Below are positions 60,687-64,000 of a stretch of DNA of 64,000 nucleotides, in pieces. The stretch is taken from positions 4,820 to 68,819 of the forward strand of contig JBMNVW010000002.1 in NCBI GenBank assembly GCA_050947035.1, written 5' to 3'. The notes under the pieces were generated by a model. It was given only the letters and a program-made list of their open reading frames with translations. It searched no databases and was not told the DNA's origin. The stretch is from Patescibacteria group bacterium. GTDB lineage: Bacteria; Patescibacteriota; Microgenomatia; 0-14-0-10-38-17. A program made the position numbers and the translations under genes. Position 1 is the stretch's first letter, and each line of letters starts with the position of its first letter.

Positions 60687-61427
60687 TTATTTTTGCCAAA
60701 TTACTCCTAGGGCTAAGCTATTTCTTTTCTTGGCCAAAAAATCTAAAACTTGTTGCTGATCTTGGGGAAGACTATCAGGATAAAAAAACTGAGAAGCCAA
60801 GTTATCAGTCTTCTTTTTTGTCCAAATCAGACAGGGCATAACCATCTCTACCAGAGAAAAACCTTGATAGGCAATCGCTTGCTTTATTATTTTTGTTGTC
60901 TCTTTTAGGTCAAAAGGATAAGCTCGAGCTAAAAATCCGGCCCCACTGGCGGCGGCCAAAAGCAAAGGCTTTAAGGGTGAATAAACAGACCCGGATGGTG
61001 TTGACTTAGTTGGTAGGTTTTTTGGAGTTACCGACGAGGCCTGCCCGGCCGTTAAAGCAAAAACTTGATTATTATGAAGTAAAACAGTAATATTGTCATT
61101 TCTTTGGGCAGCATGAATTAAATGATTTGCCCCCTCATTTAATAACCCCCCATCGCCTCCTTGAGCAATAACAGTTAAATCAGGATTAGCCAGTTTTGCC
61201 CCGACAGCAACCGGTACTGATCGACCATGAAGAGTAGCAAAGCCACAAACTCGCAAATTATTAATCATATTGCCCCCACAACCAATATCGTAAGTAACCA
61301 CAGTATCTTTTGGGTCAATCGCTAACTCCAGTAAAGACTTTTTTACCGCAGATAATACCGCAAAATTCCCGCAGCCCGGACACCAGGTAGGAATTTGAGA
61401 TGGAAAAGTATATTCAGATAAATCCAT
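60687..61427 (-). CDS. 2-oxoacid:ferredoxin oxidoreductase beta subunit
   Basis: WCPGCGN, DIGC, LHGR, GGDG, NNQVFALTAGQAS. Confidence 0.9.
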   Translation of the reverse strand: MDLSEYTFPSQIPTWCPGCGNFAVLSAVKKSLLELAIDPKDTVVTYDIGCGGNMINNLRVCGFATLHGRSVPVAVGAKLANPDLTVIAQGGDGGLLNEGANHLIHAAQRNDNITVLLHNNQVFALTAGQASSVTPKNLPTKSTPSGSVYSPLKPLLLAAASGAGFLARAYPFDLKETTKIIKQAIAYQGFSLVEMVMPCLIWTKKKTDNLASQFFYPDSLPQDQQQVLDFLAKKRNSLALGVIWQK

Positions 61428-61562
61428 TAGTTAAATTTCTAATTCTTAATTCTTAATTTCTATTCAATTTTTAATGATTTAATGTTTTGAATGTTTTAGG
61501 ATTTAAAATTTGTTTGGAAACCTGTCTGCCGACAGACAGGTTGGGTTAATTGGAAATTATTA

Positions 61563-62675
61563 TTACTCTTCTTCTTGTATTTTTACCGGCATAATAATAT
61601 GTAAAAAATCTTTACTTTTGGGATTTTTAAAAATCACTGGTTTTTCTGACTCTTGCAACTCAATCACCACTTGATCGCTATCTAAATTAGTTAATAGATC
61701 AACCAAAAAGCGAAAATTAAAAGCCACTTTTTGATCTTTACCTTTAATTTGAGCCTCAACCTGACTAATGTTTTCTCCTAAAGAAGGAGCATTGGCAAAA
61801 ATCTCAATCTTGTGATCGGCAATAATTAATTTTATAGTGTTAGCTGATTCCCGAGCAAAAATAGAAGCTGTTCTTATTGCTCCCAAAAACTCTTCCCTGT
61901 CAACAGTAACCGTAGTTTCCTTATCCTGAGGAATAACTTTATCGATATTGGGATATTCCCCTTCTAATAAGCGAGAAGAAAATTCTAAGTTGGGTAAAAA
62001 GAAAACGGCTTGTTTTTCTTCACTGGCCAAGCCCAACTCCAATTCCGATAAATCATCCTCCGGCTTGTTTCTTACTAGTTCTGTTAATATTGTTGCTGGA
62101 ATAACAAAGTTAAGGTCAGAATATTTTTTCTCTAATTTAATTTTCTTAAAAGATAATCGATATCCATCGGTGGCTGATAATAAACAAATATCGTTATTAA
62201 ATTTAAAATTAACTCCCGATAAAACCGGTCGAGTATTATCGCTGGAGGCTGCAAAAACTACCTTTTCTAGGGCTTTAATAAACTTCTCATAAGGAAAAGA
62301 AACTTTTTTATTTGTTTTGGTGGGGATTTTGGGGAAATCATTAATTGAATTAGTTGGCAAATTAGCCGTAAAATTACCGCAAACAATTTTTAAATTTTCC
62401 TTTTTTTCTGTTAAAGTCACTTTCTCTGCTGGCAAAGAAGAAACAAAATCAGAGAAAGTTTTTGACAAAACAGCTACTCCTCCCTCAGAATCAATTTTGG
62501 CTCCACAATAATAATTAACTCCAGTCTCCAAATTAGTAGCGGAAATTTTAAGACGATTTTTTTCTGTTTTTAAAGCAATATTGGTAAGGATTGGCAGCTG
62601 AGGGTGAGAAGAAACAAAATGAGTAGCTACTGATAGGCCTTTATTTAAATTTTCTTGCAAAAGAGTAACTTTCAT
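61563..62675 (-). CDS. dnaN: DNA polymerase III beta sliding clamp
   Basis: ATNLE, RPVLSG, ATDGYRL, SRLLEGEYP, IIMPV. Confidence 0.97.
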   Translation of the reverse strand: MKVTLLQENLNKGLSVATHFVSSHPQLPILTNIALKTEKNRLKISATNLETGVNYYCGAKIDSEGGVAVLSKTFSDFVSSLPAEKVTLTEKKENLKIVCGNFTANLPTNSINDFPKIPTKTNKKVSFPYEKFIKALEKVVFAASSDNTRPVLSGVNFKFNNDICLLSATDGYRLSFKKIKLEKKYSDLNFVIPATILTELVRNKPEDDLSELELGLASEEKQAVFFLPNLEFSSRLLEGEYPNIDKVIPQDKETTVTVDREEFLGAIRTASIFARESANTIKLIIADHKIEIFANAPSLGENISQVEAQIKGKDQKVAFNFRFLVDLLTNLDSDQVVIELQESEKPVIFKNPKSKDFLHIIMPVKIQEEE

Positions 62676-63016
62676 AAATATTATTTTAACAGATATATTA
62701 ATAATATTAAAAAGTTTTAAGTAGTAGTATTAGTAGTATTAGGTAATGTTTATAAGTGGAATCAGGCATTTCTTGGGAAGGGGCGGTTTGTTGATTTTTA
62801 AAAAAAGAAGGGAACATTAGGAATTTTTTTAAATTGGTCTTATAGTTTGGTTTTAGTTTTGGTTTTTCTTTGTCTTTAAAAGTAGGAAAAAGTAATGCTT
62901 TTTGTGGAAAAAAATGATTTTCTTGTGGAAAAGCAGACCTTATCTTTTTACACAAATAAATCAAGCCCGGCTTTGAGCTTTCCCCAATAGTCCACAACAA
63001 CTCACAAAAATATTAA
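62676..63016. promoter_or_regulatory. Probable replication origin oriC (dnaA-dnaN intergenic region)
   Basis: DnaA boxes tgtggaaaa (62903, 62924) and ttttacaca (62946); AT-rich stretch with tagtagtattagtagtattag (62722-62742). Most genes to the left point away from it. Confidence 0.8.
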
Positions 63017-64000
63017 TCAGGATTGAAGATTATTTCTGATTTGGTTGATGTTAGACCTTAAGCCTTGATTGTTCGAGTATTCCCGTTCAATTTTATCTAC
63101 GGCATACATTATTGAAGTATGGTCTCGGCCACCAACGAGATCACCAATTTTCATTAACGGCAAGTCTAAATCTTTTCTCAATAAATAAATAGCAATATGG
63201 CGGGCAGTAACTAATTCCGACTTACGGCTTTTTCCACAAAGCTCTTTAGTTTTAAAGGAAAAGTGCTTGGCGGTTCGGGAAAGAACTGTTCTTGGGGTGA
63301 CTCTTTTGGTTTTCTTTTTTCTTAGGGAGCCAAATAAATTTTGGGCAAATTCTAGGTCAACTTGACCATCATTGCTTTGGGCTTTAATTACTAGTCGAAG
63401 TAGGGCCCCCTCTAACTCTCTAATATTAGATTCTATTGTTTCGGCTAAAAAAGCGGCCACCTCTTCAGGCAGGGAAAAATTTTTTTCTTGAGCTTTTTGT
63501 TTAAGAATTGCCAGCCTCATTTCATAATCGGGTGGTTGAATATCAACGGTTAAACCACCCATAAAACGAGAAATTAATCGATCTTCAACCTTAGGAATTT
63601 CTTCTGGTTTACGGTCAGAAGTTAGGACAACCTGTCGACCTGACAAATAAAGAGCGTTAAAGGTGTGGAAGAATTCCTCTTGAGAATATTCTTTACCGGC
63701 AATAAATTGAATATCGTCAACCAAGAGACAATCGCATTTTCTATATTTATCTTTAAACTTAGTAATAGTTTTCTTTTGCAAAGCTTCAACTAATTCATTA
63801 GTAAAGGTTTCAGCGCTGACATAAAGAACTTTAAGGTTTTTATTTTTTTTGGCAATAGCATTGCCGATGGCATGAGTAAGATGGGTTTTGCCCACCCCTA
63901 CTCCACCCCAAACAAAAAAGGGATTATAAGTTTGGCCGGGGTTTTTAACAATGGCTTGGGCGGCGGCATGAGCAAAATTATTAGCCGAACCAACCACAAA
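63017..64000 (-). CDS. dnaA: Chromosomal replication initiator DnaA (5'-partial)
   Basis: YNPFF, GGVGVGKTHL, DDIQF, QEEFFHTFN, NIRELEGAL, GGRDHTS. Confidence 0.98.
   Translation of the reverse strand, partial: FVVGSANNFAHAAAQAIVKNPGQTYNPFFVWGGVGVGKTHLTHAIGNAIAKKNKNLKVLYVSAETFTNELVEALQKKTITKFKDKYRKCDCLLVDDIQFIAGKEYSQEEFFHTFNALYLSGRQVVLTSDRKPEEIPKVEDRLISRFMGGLTVDIQPPDYEMRLAILKQKAQEKNFSLPEEVAAFLAETIESNIRELEGALLRLVIKAQSNDGQVDLEFAQNLFGSLRKKKTKRVTPRTVLSRTAKHFSFKTKELCGKSRKSELVTARHIAIYLLRKDLDLPLMKIGDLVGGRDHTSIMYAVDKIEREYSNNQGLRSNINQIRNNLQS

Noticed and set aside
62707-63000. 97-aa ORF between dnaA and dnaN
   Set aside because: Coincides with DnaA boxes and the unwinding element; no protein motif

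Overview
Bacterial chromosomal window, most likely from a Patescibacteria/CPR (Microgenomates-like) genome. This is inferred from gene content, the 16S sequence style and the rRNA insertions. It runs from a giant NVGIGT-repeat surface/fibre protein (5'-truncated) through rho, radA and rpsA to a minus-strand rRNA operon (16S with a group I intron carrying a LAGLIDADG gene, tRNA-Ile, tRNA-Ala, 23S with four non-coding insertions, 5S). It continues through tRNAs, an ATP-dependent ligase, Fic, two convergent PBP1A paralogues and a glycolysis/pentose-phosphate cluster, and ends at dnaN-oriC-dnaA. The most striking structure is a set of hairpin and short-repeat elements. (i) Five AT-rich heptamer-repeat hairpins (four in 23S, one in the ITS) are each bounded by a pair of ~17-nt palindromes; the four 23S pairs share the same U.G/U.G/A-C pairing signature, and a lone palindrome sits in 16S helix 6. 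(ii) The same arm sequences flank a four-helix-bundle (IVS-protein-like) gene and fill intergenic gaps inside operons. (iii) Several repeat families are captured in frame in the C-terminal part of the giant protein. Other oddities are a duplicated, CCA-bearing tRNA-Ile 3' half with a 74-nt T-loop insertion, identical inverted patches between the two PBP genes, and widespread leaderless-type promoters. All calls come from reading the sequence by eye; no searches or folding were run, and E. coli rRNA numbering is inferred from flanking conserved sequence.
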